From an uncultured Planctomycetota bacterium (GTDB lineage Bacteria > Planctomycetota > Planctomycetia > Pirellulales > Lacipirellulaceae), in contig CAVRBU010000006.1 in assembly GCA_963719315.1 (NCBI GenBank), forward strand, positions 192,001 through 256,000: a stretch of DNA of 64,000 bases, written 5' to 3'. The first letter of the stretch is position 1. Every line of letters begins with the position of its first letter. This document shows positions 30,540 through 42,902 of the stretch, one piece after another. Made by a program: the position numbers and the translations under genes. The notes under the pieces are model-generated. The model did not search any database and was not told the DNA's origin. It worked only from the letters and a program-made list of their open reading frames with translations.

Positions 30540-31694
30540 ATGATTAGTTACACGCTGCTGCTTGTTCTTGGCGGTTGCCTGCTCGGCGCGATCCAGTTGA
30601 TGGTGGGCGTCGGGATTGGCATCTCGGCGCGCCGCCCCGCCGCGGACTCGGACGCGTATCGCCGCGGTCGGCACGACATGCTGCAGGCTGGCGCGATTGC
30701 CAAGCGGTTGCAGACGCTGGCCAACGAGATGTCGTCCAGCGTTGGGGCGCATCGGCAGGAATTGGAACAGGCCAGCCAACTGCTCGCGGTTGACGGCGAG
30801 AGTGGCGATGAGTCGATCGCCGATTTCGTGACGCGCGTCGTCGGCGATATCGTGCTCTCGAACCAGAATTTGCAGGCGAAGCTGGATACGGCCGAGGGCC
30901 GACTGCAGGAGCAGGCGGTTGAAATCGAGGCTCACATTTCGCGGTCGCTGACCGATCCGCTCACGGGTTTGCCAAATCGGCGCGAGTTCAACGAGCGACT
31001 GGAAGAGCGGATGGGGGCCTGGAATCGGAGGCGGGAAGTTTTTTCGCTGCTGCTCTTGGACGTGGACCATTTCAAAAAGCTGAACGATCAGTACGGCCAC
31101 TTGACGGGCGACCAGGTGCTCGCGTCGTTGGGCGGCGCGCTTCGCGGTGCGATCCGCCGCGAGGACGCGGTTGCCCGCTACGGCGGCGAAGAGTTTGCCA
31201 TACTCTTGCCGAACACTTCGTCGGAGCAGGCGGCGCTGGTGGCCCAAAAAGTGCGCGAAGCGGTGGCGCGGACGGTTGTGAATCACAATCAACGAAAGAT
31301 CGCGGTGACGGTCAGCTGCGGAATCGCGTCGATCCAGCCGAACGAGCGGGTGGAGACGATGATCCAGCGGGCGGATGCGGCCTTGTACGCGGCTAAAGCT
31401 GCTGGACGGAATTGTGCGTTCGTGCACGACGGCGCCGAGTGCCGATTGGCGGACGGAATCGCTACCCACTCAGCGGGGACTGCGGCGCGGCTGATCGAAC
31501 TGATCCACTCGCCAGAGGCGGAGAAGGCACCGGTGGAAAGCGAACCTGGCAACATAGAAGCGCCGGACTTTGGGTCGTATCTGCCGCGGGAGGCCATCTC
31601 GGCGGAGCTGGCGGAGACGTGCCAGGAACTGCGCCGATTCTTGAAAGAGCACGGCCACTCGGAAGAACCCTCATCGCCGGGACGACTGCAATAA
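30540..31694 (+). CDS. Diguanylate cyclase (GGDEF domain)
   Basis: DPLTGLPNRR, DVDHFKKLNDQYGH, RREDAVARYGGEEF (RxxD I-site plus active site). Confidence 0.92.
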   Translation: MISYTLLLVLGGCLLGAIQLMVGVGIGISARRPAADSDAYRRGRHDMLQAGAIAKRLQTLANEMSSSVGAHRQELEQASQLLAVDGESGDESIADFVTRVVGDIVLSNQNLQAKLDTAEGRLQEQAVEIEAHISRSLTDPLTGLPNRREFNERLEERMGAWNRRREVFSLLLLDVDHFKKLNDQYGHLTGDQVLASLGGALRGAIRREDAVARYGGEEFAILLPNTSSEQAALVAQKVREAVARTVVNHNQRKIAVTVSCGIASIQPNERVETMIQRADAALYAAKAAGRNCAFVHDGAECRLADGIATHSAGTAARLIELIHSPEAEKAPVESEPGNIEAPDFGSYLPREAISAELAETCQELRRFLKEHGHSEEPSSPGRLQ

Positions 31695-31722
31695 ATCGGT
31701 GGTAAGCGGCTTTGTCCAAAAA

Positions 31723-31817
31723 GTAGGTCCCGCTCGCCGAGCGGGACCTGAACTTGCTTTGCGACATTGTGAATTCGCTCAGGTCCCTTCCGGCAGAAGG
31801 GACCTACCAAGACTTTT
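31723..31817. repeat. GTAG-type REP doublet
   Basis: GTAGGTCCCGCTCGCCGAGCGGGACCTG ... CAGGTCCCTTCCGGCAGAAGGGACCTAC. Confidence 0.8.
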
Positions 31818-31877
31818 GGTGACGACCACGATTTGCAGCGGCGTCTGGCGCTACCCACTTTCGCGCTCCCGATTTGC

Positions 31878-33407
31878 GGGTGGGCGTCTTTTTTGTTGGT
31901 GGTATTAGACGGCAGTCTGAACCAGAAGCCTTCCCACTGTCCGGGCTGGCCGAGGAACAGGGCGCGGAGGTGGCAGACGCTGTCGCTGCCGGGCTCTCGC
32001 CAGCGCATCCCGCTGCCTTTGAGCCGTCCTCCCACGACCAGCTTGCACGCGGCTTCCACCGGACCGGAGCCGATCATCCAACCGCGGGTCAAGTACGTGG
32101 GATAGTCCATGCGATGGACGTTGTTCCGCACGTATTGTGCTTGTTGTCGGTAGCACTCCCGCTGGGCCTCGTTCCAGTCGCTCTGATCGAGCGATTCCCA
32201 ACTGGCCACGAGCGCTGCTCCTCCTTCGTGCTTGAGCTTGTGACACCAGTCACGTTGTCGTTTGGCAAAGGCGCCGTCATCGCCCGGGTGAAGCGCACGA
32301 GCCAATTCGGCCACGTGCTCACTGGCATGGTAAAAGTCGAGGATCCGCACCGCCAGCGGCGCGTTCTTCTCGATGAAACGCTCCAAGCAAGGAGCGCCGT
32401 CGGTCAGCGCGATCTGTTGCTCGGCGTGGTCCCAGCCGACCTGCGCGGCCTGCCGGCGCCATTGCAGCCCCAAATCGTCTAAATCATGAAAACCGGCCAA
32501 ATACCGCACTTGGTGTGGATCTTGGGCTGGTTGTTCCTCGAACGGCGAACGCGCATTGAAGACCATCGCCACCGCGGCCATCCGCGACTCCGCCGGGCCA
32601 CCGCCGATGGCCTGCTGCGGCACCCCCGTGTGATCGACGGCCAGGTAGGCGCAGCGCCGACCCTCGGCATCCCGTTGCCAAAGCCAGTCTTCCTGGGGGC
32701 CAAACGTTTGCTTGGCCGCGAGTTTCGCTCCCAAGCGTTGGCCCGCTTCTTCCGTGACGCGCAGCACGGTCGACTCCGCCAACCGAATGCCACTCATGCG
32801 GACCAAGGCTCGTTCGGCCGCCAAGCCAAAGCTGCTCAGCGTGCCGGCCAGCGACGCCAGTTCCTCCGCGCCGGGCGTGACGTGCCGCGGGGTGAGGCCC
32901 AGCCGCTCGTCCCAGGGCTGCTGGCTCGCGCCGCACTGGCAGCAGTAGTAATAGGTCCGCGTCAAACGGATGTCTCCCAGCAGGCTGACCAATCCTTTCG
33001 TTCGCCAGTCGATGAACTTCGCGCTGCCGCCGCAGGAGCAGGCTAAGACTAGCTCCCTGATAAGCGCCCCTTTTTTACACACTCGTTGGTGGCGGTCTCC
33101 AGCACGTTCGCTCCCAAATCGAACAACATGTCCCGCAACTCGAACTCGCCGCGGCCCAACAACTCCTCGGGCTTCTTCGCCGCCATCATCCGCGCCATGT
33201 TCTTCAACTGCTGTTCGGCCTGGCCCTTGAGCGACTCGTAAATCCGCTCCGCCGCCGCTTCCTCTTCCGCTGTCAGGTCCAGTTCCAACGCCTTGATCTG
33301 CTTGGCCATCGCTCTGCTCTCCGGTCTTCGAGTTCGAGAATTACCCCCCAATTGTCACAGACCCTTCAGCAGAGCAGATTTCCCACCAACAATCGAGACG
33401 CCTACCC
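31878..33407 (-). mobile_element. ISKra4-family-like insertion sequence, copy 2 (1530 bp)
   Basis: Same TIRs as copy 1; 9-bp TSD CCGATTTGC (31869-31877, 33408-33416); nearly identical sequence. Confidence 0.9.
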
Positions 33408-33533
33408 CCGATTTGCGGCAGTCGATATTTCGGCCTTGCCGGAATAGCTAGCTTTGGCGCAGACTTACGGGGTTATGAGCGGGTCGGGCGGCCCCAACCG
33501 CCGCCTCCGCTTGGCTAGAAGGAACTAAACCCT

Positions 33534-35735
33534 ATGAGTCAACTAGCGGTGGGACCACGGAAAAACATCGAACGACAAAACTGGACCGAGATCACTCCCC
33601 AGGCGCTCTACGACAAATGCCTGTCGCTGGCGAAGAATTTGTGGTGGAGCTGGCATCCCGAGGTCGTGAACTTGTTTCGCGATCTCGACCCTATCAAGTG
33701 GCGCAAGATCGACCATAACCCGATCGCGCTGCTGTCGGAGATGACGCCGGAGCAATTGGCCGAGCGGGCGGCTGAGATGGTGCTGTACACGCGCATCAAT
33801 CAGGCCCACCGGCGATTGAAGGATTATATGTCTCACACGCGCTCAACTTGGGGCTCGCGCGAGACGGGCGTTTTGGGTTCCAGGCCGGTCGCATACTTTT
33901 CGGCCGAGTTCGGGCTGCACGAATCCGTGCCGATTTATTCGGGCGGTTTGGGCGTGCTTTCCGGAGACCACATCAAGAGTGCGAGCAGCCTGGCGGTGCC
34001 GCTCGTGGCAGTCGGGCTGTTCTACGATCAGGGATATTTCAAACAGCATTTGGACGGCAGCGGATTCCAGAAGGAAGAGTATTTGGATACCCGAGTCGAG
34101 AACCTGCCGATGGAGCCGGCGATCGGGCTCGACGGCAAACAGATCACGATTTCAATCGGGACTCGCGACGGCGGCCTGATGGCCAAAGTCTGGTTGATGC
34201 AGGTTGGTCGGGTGTCGCTGTACCTGCTCGATTGCGACGTGGAGGGCAACAGTCCGCAGGACCGCGATCTCACGTCGCGGTTGTACGGCGGTGATATGCG
34301 GACGCGAATTCGTCAGGAGTTGGTGCTGGGCGTGGGCGGCGTAAAGGCGCTTTGCGCGCTAGGTATCATGCCGGGCGTGTATCATCTCAACGAAGGACAC
34401 AGCGCCTTCGCACCGCTGGAAGTGATTCGCCAGCGAATGGCGGACGACGGGCTGACGTTCGATGAGGCGCTGCGCGAAGTCGCCCACCACACGGTATTCA
34501 CGACGCACACGCCGGTGCCGGCGGGGCACGATCGCTTCCCCTCAAACCTGGTGGAGGAGCACCTGGGACCGCTGCGGGACAAGCTCGGCATTTCGCCGGC
34601 GCAGTTGATGGGCCTGGGGCGCGTTGAGCCACAAAACGAACACGAGCCATTCTGTATGACGGTGATCGGGCTCAAGCTCTCGCGGCGGGCGAATGCGGTG
34701 AGCGCGCTGCACGGCGATGTGTCGCGGCGGATGTGGGCCCATTTGTGGCCGTGGCGGGTGGAGGAAGAAATCCCCATCGGCCACATCACCAACGGCGTGC
34801 ATATCCCCTCGTGGCTCGCCTATGCGATGCATTTGCTCTACGACCGGGTGCTGCGGAGCGACTGGCAGGAATGGATGAGCGACACCAAGGTTTGGCAGGC
34901 GTTGTACAACGTCGATCCGGGCGAACTGTGGGAAACGCACTGCGATTTGAAGAACCGGCTGTTGGATTTCGTGCGGCGGCGCGTGGGACGGCAGAGCCGT
35001 CGGCGGAACGAGTCGGAAGAGGTCGTGGATGCGGCCCGCAGCGTCCTCGACCCCAACGCGTTGACGATTGGCTTCGCGCGGCGGTTCGCGACCTACAAGC
35101 GGGCCGACCTGTTCTTTCGAGTGCTTGATGCATTGGGCGAGTTGGTGAACGACCCGCAGCGGCCCGTACAGTTGATTTTCTCCGGCAAGGCTCATCCGGC
35201 CGATGAACCGGGAAAGCATCTCATCAAGAAAATTGAAAATCTTCGGCACGACGGGCGGTTTGCCGGGCGGGTGGTGTTCATTGAGGATTATGACATCAAC
35301 GTGGCCCGGCACTTGGTGCAAGGCGTGGACGTGTGGCTCAACACGCCGCGGCGGCCAAAGGAGGCCTCGGGCACGAGCGGTATGAAAGCCGTGCTCAACG
35401 GCGGGCTCAACCTGTCGATCCTCGATGGCTGGTGGGCCGAGGCCTACAACGGCAAGAACGGCTTCGCGATCGGCGACGGCCGGCAGCATGTGGATGATGA
35501 GATTACGGACTCCCGAGACGCGCAAAACCTGTTGAGTGCGCTGCGCGACGAAGTGATTCCGCTGTTCTACGACCGCGATGCGGACGGCCTGCCGCGGCGA
35601 TGGATCGAGATGATGGTCGAATCGATCGCCACGCTCGCGCCGCGATTCAGCGCCCATCGCATGGTGACGGACTACGTGCAAAAGTGCTATCTGGTGGCCG
35701 CGGGCGGGCTGAGTTCGGAAATGACCCGGCGGTAA
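33534..35735 (+). CDS. glgP: Alpha-glucan phosphorylase
   Basis: [41 protein letters not shown] (PLP lysine). Confidence 0.95.
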   Translation: MSQLAVGPRKNIERQNWTEITPQALYDKCLSLAKNLWWSWHPEVVNLFRDLDPIKWRKIDHNPIALLSEMTPEQLAERAAEMVLYTRINQAHRRLKDYMSHTRSTWGSRETGVLGSRPVAYFSAEFGLHESVPIYSGGLGVLSGDHIKSASSLAVPLVAVGLFYDQGYFKQHLDGSGFQKEEYLDTRVENLPMEPAIGLDGKQITISIGTRDGGLMAKVWLMQVGRVSLYLLDCDVEGNSPQDRDLTSRLYGGDMRTRIRQELVLGVGGVKALCALGIMPGVYHLNEGHSAFAPLEVIRQRMADDGLTFDEALREVAHHTVFTTHTPVPAGHDRFPSNLVEEHLGPLRDKLGISPAQLMGLGRVEPQNEHEPFCMTVIGLKLSRRANAVSALHGDVSRRMWAHLWPWRVEEEIPIGHITNGVHIPSWLAYAMHLLYDRVLRSDWQEWMSDTKVWQALYNVDPGELWETHCDLKNRLLDFVRRRVGRQSRRRNESEEVVDAARSVLDPNALTIGFARRFATYKRADLFFRVLDALGELVNDPQRPVQLIFSGKAHPADEPGKHLIKKIENLRHDGRFAGRVVFIEDYDINVARHLVQGVDVWLNTPRRPKEASGTSGMKAVLNGGLNLSILDGWWAEAYNGKNGFAIGDGRQHVDDEITDSRDAQNLLSALRDEVIPLFYDRDADGLPRRWIEMMVESIATLAPRFSAHRMVTDYVQKCYLVAAGGLSSEMTRR

Positions 35736-35755
35736 CGAAGATCGGTACGATTTGA

Positions 35756-35916
35756 GTGCCACTGGCTCCGCCAGTGCATTTCCTACCGAGCCCTTGTGGG
35801 CAAGTACTGGTATCCAACCCTCCAGCAGTTCGAAGTTGCGCACAAGCTGATGCTTTCTCAATACACGGACAAACCGCTGGCCGATGCGCGAGGAGCACTG
35901 GCAAAGCCAGTGGCAC
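35756..35916. repeat. Inverted pair of GTGCCACTGGCT..GCCAGTGC palindromes
   Basis: 35756-35777 and 35895-35916 are near reverse complements. Confidence 0.75.
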
Positions 35917-35968
35917 CCCGCTGGCGCGGCTTTATGGATGGCGTGGTATCGGTCACAATGGATGCGCC

Positions 35969-37100
35969 ATGCCAATTCATCGCATCCAATTACCCGACGA
36001 CACTGCCCTGGCGGCGCTTTGCGTACGCTTGATCGAGTTGGGTCCGGAGATCGATCGCAGCGGCCAGTGGCCGGCCAAGCAGTTGCGGCTGTGTGCTGAG
36101 GCGGGCGTGTTCGAGTGGTTTCTCGATTCGGTCTGGGGTGGGCAGGGGTGGGGCGACGAGCAGGTTGTGCGCGGGTATTTGGCGCTCAGTGCGGCATGTC
36201 TGACGACGACGTTTGTCATTACACAACGGACCGGGGCGTGTCGTCGCATCGATGGCTGTCAGAACGAAGCGTTGAAGCAGCGATTGCTGCCGGGGCTGGC
36301 GAGTGGCGAATTATTTGCCACAGTCGGCATTTCGCATCTCACGACGAGCCGCAGGCATTTGGCGAAGCCCGTGCTGACGGCGGAAGCGATTGCCGGCGGT
36401 TTCCGGCTCGACGGGATGGCGCCGTGGGTGACGGGCGGCGCGGCGGCTGACATCATCGTGATTGCCGCGACACTTGTGGAGCGCGGGGAGCCGACCGATC
36501 GGCAGTTAATTGTGGCTGTACCGACCGATTTACGCGGGGTTGCTGTTGCCGCCCCGCTGCCGCTCATCGGCGTGTCGGCCAGCTCGACGGGACCGGTTCA
36601 TTTGGACGGCGTGGAAATCTCCGACGATTGGTTGATCGCCGGCCCGGTCGCGAACGTCATGGCTAGCGGGTTGGGAGCGAGCACGGGCGGTTTTGAAACA
36701 TCAACGCTGGCGATTGGCCTGGCGAAGGCGGCAGTTGATTTTCTGGCTGCTGAAGCTGCGAAGCGTGAAGATTTGATGGCGCCCATGTTGGCGCTGCGTT
36801 CGGAACACACGCAACTCGTCGATGACTTGTTGGCAAGCGTCGCAGCGGGCGATTCGCCTGCTGAGCGACGAGCGGTCCGCTTGTCGCCACGGCCAATCTC
36901 GAAGGAGTCGATTCGTCAGCGCGCGAACAGTTTGGCATTGCGCAAGTCAGGCGGCGTTGTCGGCGGCGAAGGGGTCGGGCTACGTTGTCGGACACCCGGC
37001 CGGGCGGTGGTGTCGCGAGGCGCTCTTCTTCTTGGTGTGGAGCTGTCCGCAGCCGGTGGCGGCGGCGAACCTGTGTGAGCTGGCCGGGATTGGGGATTGA
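35969..37100 (+). CDS. Acyl-CoA dehydrogenase family protein, frameshift near 36943
   Basis: LLPGLASGE, GFRLDGMAPWVTG; C-terminus AKGSGYVVGHPAGRWCREALFF in ORF 36822-37100. Confidence 0.8.
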
Positions 37101-37401
37101 GGTGTCAGGTGTCGGAATCCTGAAAGCTGACACCTGAAACCCGACACCTCCTACTGCTAGCAGGCATCACGCGGCCTTTGCCGCAATCTATTGAGTTCGG
37201 ATTGACAGCCGCCGATTGCAAGGCGTAGATTGGCTCAACCAGCCCTATCGCTCGGGCCAACACGGAACGCCTCTCTTTTACTGATTTTCGAGCGACAGGC
37301 CTCGGTGCGCTTTGGTTAGTTCCCAGGACGCGCGGTATCAGTTGGGGCAGGCGATTTGCGATTGAGTTCGCGATTACGACATCGCCAAGGATGAGAAGCC
37401 C

Positions 37402-37785
37402 ATGCAACGTGCGGGCCATCAACGATCTGTAACGGTTCGTGCGACCCCCCCCACGCCGCCGACCGCTCCCGGTGCAACCTCCGCCGTTCTGCGGTTGCTC
37501 GACGAGCGATTGTTGACAAGTATCAAAGACGCGGACTCGGATTGTCGCGACGCGCCGCAACGCGGCACCCAGCACGAGGCACTTGAGCTTGCCATTCGGC
37601 AGCGGATCGAATCGCGGCTGCCGGGGCGTGTGCGAAATCTGGCCGTGCGAGTCTGCGACGACCTCGTGGTACTAGAGGGCCAGTGTGCGACGTTCTATAC
37701 GAAGCAGCTCGCCCAGCATGCCGCAATGGGCGTTCTTGACGACGAGCATTTGGAAAACGTGATCGTCGTGAATGTGCCGAAGTGA
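37402..37785 (+). CDS. BON domain protein (start uncertain)
   Basis: VVLEGQCATFYTKQLAQHAA..ENVIVV. Confidence 0.7.
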   Translation: MQRAGHQRSVTVRATPPTPPTAPGATSAVLRLLDERLLTSIKDADSDCRDAPQRGTQHEALELAIRQRIESRLPGRVRNLAVRVCDDLVVLEGQCATFYTKQLAQHAAMGVLDDEHLENVIVVNVPK

Positions 37786-37888
37786 AGTGGTCGAGGGCGG
37801 AGAGTCGAGGGTCGAGGGCGGAGAGTCTAGGGTCAAGAGCCAGAATCGATTTTCGACATTTGACACTTGGTTTGTAGGCTTGGCTGCT

Positions 37889-38944
37889 TCATTTTTTTTG
37901 AACGATTTGTTCGAGCAGCCGTTCCAAAGTTTCCTGTCCGCGCAAAATGCGGATCTCGATGGCGACGGCCCAGAGCGGTAGGTTGCCGAGCTTATTCTGG
38001 CGGACTTTTACCAAGTCCTTCTGCGTGCAGACGACGGTTTGAGCGCCCCAGCTTGCGGCTTTGTCACTAATCTGAGAAAGGTCAGCGGCCGAATAGATGT
38101 GATGATCTGGGTACTCGCGCATGCTTATGTCTTCGTAATTCAACGAACTGAGCGTGCGTACAAAGCCGTTAGGATTGCCGATGGCACAGAACGCGGCGAT
38201 GCGCTGCCCGGAGAGCGATTCAAGTGGTTGCGTTTCGCCGCTACTGTTGATGAGGTGGCTTGCGGTGTGCGCGAGCTCACACCACGCGGCTTGTGGGGCA
38301 AGTCTGGCAACGCGGTCGCGGATGGCATCGCGTTCGGAGTCGGTGACGGCGTCGGCGCGGCTGAGGCAAACGACATGGGCCCGCGCTAGGCCGGCGAGCG
38401 GTTCGCGGAGCGTGCCGCGGGGGAATACGTGGTTAAAGCCGAACGGTTCGAGCGCATCGAGAAGCACGATGTCGAGGTCGCGGGCCAGGCGACGGTGCTG
38501 AAAGCCGTCGTCGAGCAATAGAAATTGCGGATGGAATTCGGCGATGGCCTGGCGGGCGCCGGCGACGCGGTCGCGGTTTTGCACGTGCGGCACATCGGGA
38601 AGCGCTTCTGCCAGTTCGAGCGCTTCGTCATTATGATGGCCGTCAGCCGCACCGTAGCCGCGGCTGACAATGGCCACGCGGGCGCCGGATTCCTGCATCC
38701 GCCGCGCGAGCCATTTGACCATGGGCGTTTTGCCGGTGCCGCCCAACGTGAGATTGCCCACGCTGATGACCGGCACACCCACGCGATGGGCGACGGCCCG
38801 TCCGTGGTCATAATGGCGATTGCGCAGCGATACGGCCAGCGTGTAAGGTGTCTCGGCGATGCGCAGCAGTCCACGCAGGGCAGCAGCGCCGGGGCCATGA
38901 CGCCGTCCACTGACGAGATCGCGAAATTCGGTGGGGCCGAGCAT
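37889..38944 (-). CDS. lpxK: Tetraacyldisaccharide 4'-kinase
   Basis: PVISVGNLTLGGTGKTP, SRGYG, LDDGFQHRRLARD, GTLREP, YPDHH, TQKD. Confidence 0.93.
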   Translation of the reverse strand: MLGPTEFRDLVSGRRHGPGAAALRGLLRIAETPYTLAVSLRNRHYDHGRAVAHRVGVPVISVGNLTLGGTGKTPMVKWLARRMQESGARVAIVSRGYGAADGHHNDEALELAEALPDVPHVQNRDRVAGARQAIAEFHPQFLLLDDGFQHRRLARDLDIVLLDALEPFGFNHVFPRGTLREPLAGLARAHVVCLSRADAVTDSERDAIRDRVARLAPQAAWCELAHTASHLINSSGETQPLESLSGQRIAAFCAIGNPNGFVRTLSSLNYEDISMREYPDHHIYSAADLSQISDKAASWGAQTVVCTQKDLVKVRQNKLGNLPLWAVAIEIRILRGQETLERLLEQIVQKK

Positions 38945-39140
38945 CCGTAATATGATCGTGCCTGAGTCGGCGATGACGTTGGTATCTCCCTCAAGGGCGT
39001 AATATGATAGCCCAGGGCGCAACCCTGGGACTACTGTCGCATAATGGCCTTTCAGGCCAGTCTTTCTCGCGTATCCTGCCGAGTGCCGTGAAAAAGGTAT
39101 AATGAAATGGTTCCGTTCGACCGTTCCGAGCACTTCCGCC

Positions 39141-42100
39141 ATGTCCGTCGATCAAGCTCCATCACGTTCGGCCGCTCGTCCCTCGGACGGGGCTAAACTC
39201 GTTCGTTACCACGATTACATCGACGAGAAGATCGAGAACACGCGCCGCCTCGTGAAGGTGGTCGATCTGGCGACGACTTTGGTCGCGTTGGTGGTTGCCG
39301 TACTGCTGTTTCTGCTGTTGGTGGTCGTCGCCGATCATTGGGTCGTGCGGGGTGGCATCTCGGTCGGCGCGATGGGTTCTGTTCGCCGGGCTTGCGACCT
39401 ATGTCGGGTATTTTGCGTATCGCCGGCTGTGGCCGCTGTGCGTGCGGGCGATCAACCCGGTGTACGCGGCGCAAACGATCGAGCACTCCAGCCCGACGTT
39501 GAAGAACAGTCTCATCAATTTGTTGATGTTTCGGGAGCGGCGAGCGGATATTTCGGATGCCGTCTATCGCACGCTGGAGGAGCAGGCGGCCCACGGACTG
39601 ACGCGGGTGCCGGTCGATACGGCGGTCGATCGATCGCAGTTGATTCGCTTGGGGTACGTACTGATCGCTGTGGTTGCCGTGGCAGGTTTGTACAAAGTGC
39701 TTTCGCCGAAAGACCCGCTGGTGGCGGCCGAACGGGTGCTGATGCCGTGGGCCAATGTCGTGCCCGCCAGCCGCGTGTCGATCAAAGACATCAAGCCCGG
39801 CATGGCGACGATTTCGCTCGGCGAGTTCGTAGATGTGTCGGCCGAGGTGCGCGGCTTGCGCGACGACGACGCGGTCATGTTGCGCTACGCGACGGACGAT
39901 GGCCAGATCGCGAACCGGGCAATTCCGATGAAACTGGGGTCGGATGGTCTGCGGTTCGCCTGCCGGCTGGCGGACGAGCCCGATAGTCGCGAGAGCGTCG
40001 GAGTGACGCGCAGCCTGACGTATTGGCTCGAAGCGGGCGACGCGCGGTCGCTGAACTACGCAATTACAGTCGTCCCCGCGGCGTCGATCCTGGTCGAAAA
40101 AGTGGACTACGACTATCCGACGTACACGGGCTTAATTGACCGAAGCGTTGATGGGATCGGCGATATCCGGGCGATCGAGGGGACCAAGGTCACGATTCAT
40201 GCGCGCGAACGGGCTGATACGAGACGCGAACGTCGATTTCGACGCCGATGGCCGCCGCGATTTGCAGATGGCGGCGGCGGACGCCAAGGCCCATGTGACG
40301 TTCCAGCTAGAATTGCGGGAGGATCGGCAGACGCCGCGACATGCCAGTTATGTGCTGCGATTTACGAATGCTGAGGGTCGCGAGAATCACGACCCGGTGA
40401 AGTATGCGATCAATGTGGAGCCGGACATCGGGCCGGAGGCGGAGATTCGGCTGCCGCAGGAAAAAACGCGCAACGCGCGAGTCGATGAAATTGTGGCGAT
40501 CGAGGTCGAGGCCCGCGATCCTGATTTTGCGCTATCGGCGGTGAGGGTGCGTGGTGAGGCGGCGGGACGGCCAGTGCTTAACGAACGGCTGCTTGCCGGC
40601 GAGCAGCGGGGCCGGTTTGCGGGCCATTACGTTTTGACGCCGAGTGCACATGGACTTCAGTCCGGCGACATGCTGGAGTATTGGGTCGAGGCGGACGACA
40701 ACCGCGAGCCGAAACCGAACACGACGGCGAGCGAGCGAAAGGAGTTGCGGATCCTGTCGCCGAATCCGGCACAGCAAAGACAAGCGGACAAAGAGACAAG
40801 GAAACAAGGAGAGCAGTCGGCCGACAAGCAAGACGGTGGCGAACAAGGAAAGGACGGCGGCGATCAGCAGCAAGGTGGAAAGGGCGAACAAGGGCAGGGG
40901 AGGAATAATCAGGACCAGCAAAGTAAGAGCGACGGCAAGGAGCAAGGCGACAATTCGCAGCCCAGCGAATCAGGTGGGCAGCCGCAACCGGGCGGCGGAA
41001 GTGGAAAGGGTAATCCAGGCGTGAACAAAAACTCGGACGGATCCGCGCAAAGTGGCGGCGCCAATGAGAAGGGCGAGCAAGGCCAGGGCGGGCAGCAATC
41101 GAAAGGTGAGCAAACCGGCGTGGGCTCAGCGGGCGGCGAACAACCGAAGGACGCTGCGCAGCCCGACGGTTCCAGACCCGATGAGAAGCAAGGCGAGAAA
41201 TCGTCCGCTGCCGGTCAGCAAAAAAACGGCCAGAAGCAGGGCGGCCAGCGAGATCAGAAGTCTGGTGGCGAGCAAACGCCGGTGTCTCCGGAAGGCGACA
41301 ACGACGCCGAGGCGTTTAACCGCATTCAGAGCCACATGGAAAGAAATGGCGAGTTGAAGAAGGAGCAGCAAGGTGAGGGAGATAAGGGGACAGGGGGTCA
41401 AGGAGAATCGAAGGGCGAGCAGCAAGCGAAAAACGATCAAGCCTCGAACGACGCCGGCGAGTCGAAATCGGCCGCCGGAAAATCGCCCGATGGGAAATCC
41501 AGCCAGAAGCAACAGGCGGGCGACCAACAGCAGCCGGGCGGTGCGGAGTCCAAAGACCGCGGCGAGGGGACGGGCGCAGAAACTCGCGGCGATGATGTAA
41601 GCAAGAAGCCGGAGCCTCAGAATAATTCGCAGCAGCAGGAAAAATCGCCGGGCGGCGAGCAGACGGCGTCGAAGGGCGCTGCCGGCGACGGCAACGAACA
41701 GAAGAGCCAGGGTGCGCCGAATTCGAAGCCGGAAATGAAACCGACCGAAAAACCGGAGCAAGCGCCGTCGAACGGCCAGAAATCGAACCAGCAGGAGCCG
41801 CCGGCCGGCGCGAACAGCAAGAAGGAGAGCGACTCGCACGGCGATCAAGGTGGCGACAAGGCGGGCGGCGGCGAAGAAGGCGGCGGACAAAAAGCGCCGC
41901 GCGAGGGCACCGGCAGCGCGGGGCAAAATCAGTCGGCGGATAACGGCGGCGGGCAATCGGGCGAAAAGGGGAAGGGCGAGAACTCATCGAACGCCGGTCA
42001 AGATGCGAAGTCAAACGAGCCGACCGGGGCAGGCGATGGGAAGACGCAGGGGAAAGGCAGTGAGCAACGCAGCGGCAAAGGCGATAAACAAGGCGGAAAC

Positions 42101-42829
42101 GCCGGTGGGAATGACGAGGGGAGCAGCGAGCGGAACGGCGACGGTAAAGATGCTGCGCAGCCGAGCGCGGAGCAGGGGCAGGGTAAAAAACAAGGAGACA
42201 AGGAGACGGGGAGACAAGGAGAGAAATCTGCCGACAAGCCTAACGACAAGGCGAGCGAGAACGACGCCCCTAAGCGGGGTGATAAGAATGCTGACAAATC
42301 GGGCGATCAGAATCAGAATTCGAAAAATAACAAAGAAGGTGCCGACAACACGAATGCGGACGGCGCGTCCGGCGGCAATGGTCAGCCGGGCGGTGCGGTG
42401 AATCCGTCACCAAGCATCACGGGCGAAGCGCCCGAGGGCGACGCGGCCAATTTGGAATATGCCCGCAAGCAGACGGACTTGGTGGTTGACAAACTGGCGG
42501 AACAACTCGCTCGCAAGCGGGTGGATGGCGAGTTACTTAAGGAATTGGGATGGAGCGAAGCGGATCTGAAGAAGTTTGTGGATCGCTGGAAAAAGCGGAA
42601 AGCGGCGGCGGAACAAAAAGACGAGGCGGGCGACGCTGCGAAGCGGGAGTTGGACGATGCGCTCCGCAGTCTGGGATTACGACGAGGCGAGTTGTTGCAA
42701 AATGCGGCCCAGAAGGATTCGCTGCGGGATTTGCGCGACGGTTATCGAGGCCCGGTGCCGGCCGAATACAAGGAGCGGTTGCGGGCCTATAATCAGGGCG
42801 TCTCGCGTGCCCACCGCGATGGCGAGTAA
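39141..42829 (+). CDS. Large membrane-anchored protein with Ig-like region and long Gly/Gln/Lys-rich tail; two frameshifts (near 39360 and 40205)
   Basis: Three consecutive overlapping ORFs (39102, 39295, 40136) form one coherent protein ending VPAEYKERLRAY. Confidence 0.7.
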
Positions 42830-42902
42830 GATGCGTTGCTGGGGTGGGGGTGGTCGGTGTGTTTTTCTGGGAGTTCGGCCTGGCGGCCGACGCTAAAGGG
42901 CC

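Noticed and set aside
31289..31877. C-terminal ~196 residues of the 597-aa ORF as a real domain
   Set aside because: Readthrough from the IS into a REP and the antisense strand of the cyclase gene.
23811..33407. Composite transposon carrying kinase, metF and cyclase
   Set aside because: Each IS has its own matching TSD pair, so the copies inserted independently.
36845..36895. Possible in-frame palindrome insertion in the acyl-CoA dehydrogenase (AGDSPAERRAVRLSPR)
   Set aside because: Weak symmetry and no second copy in the window.
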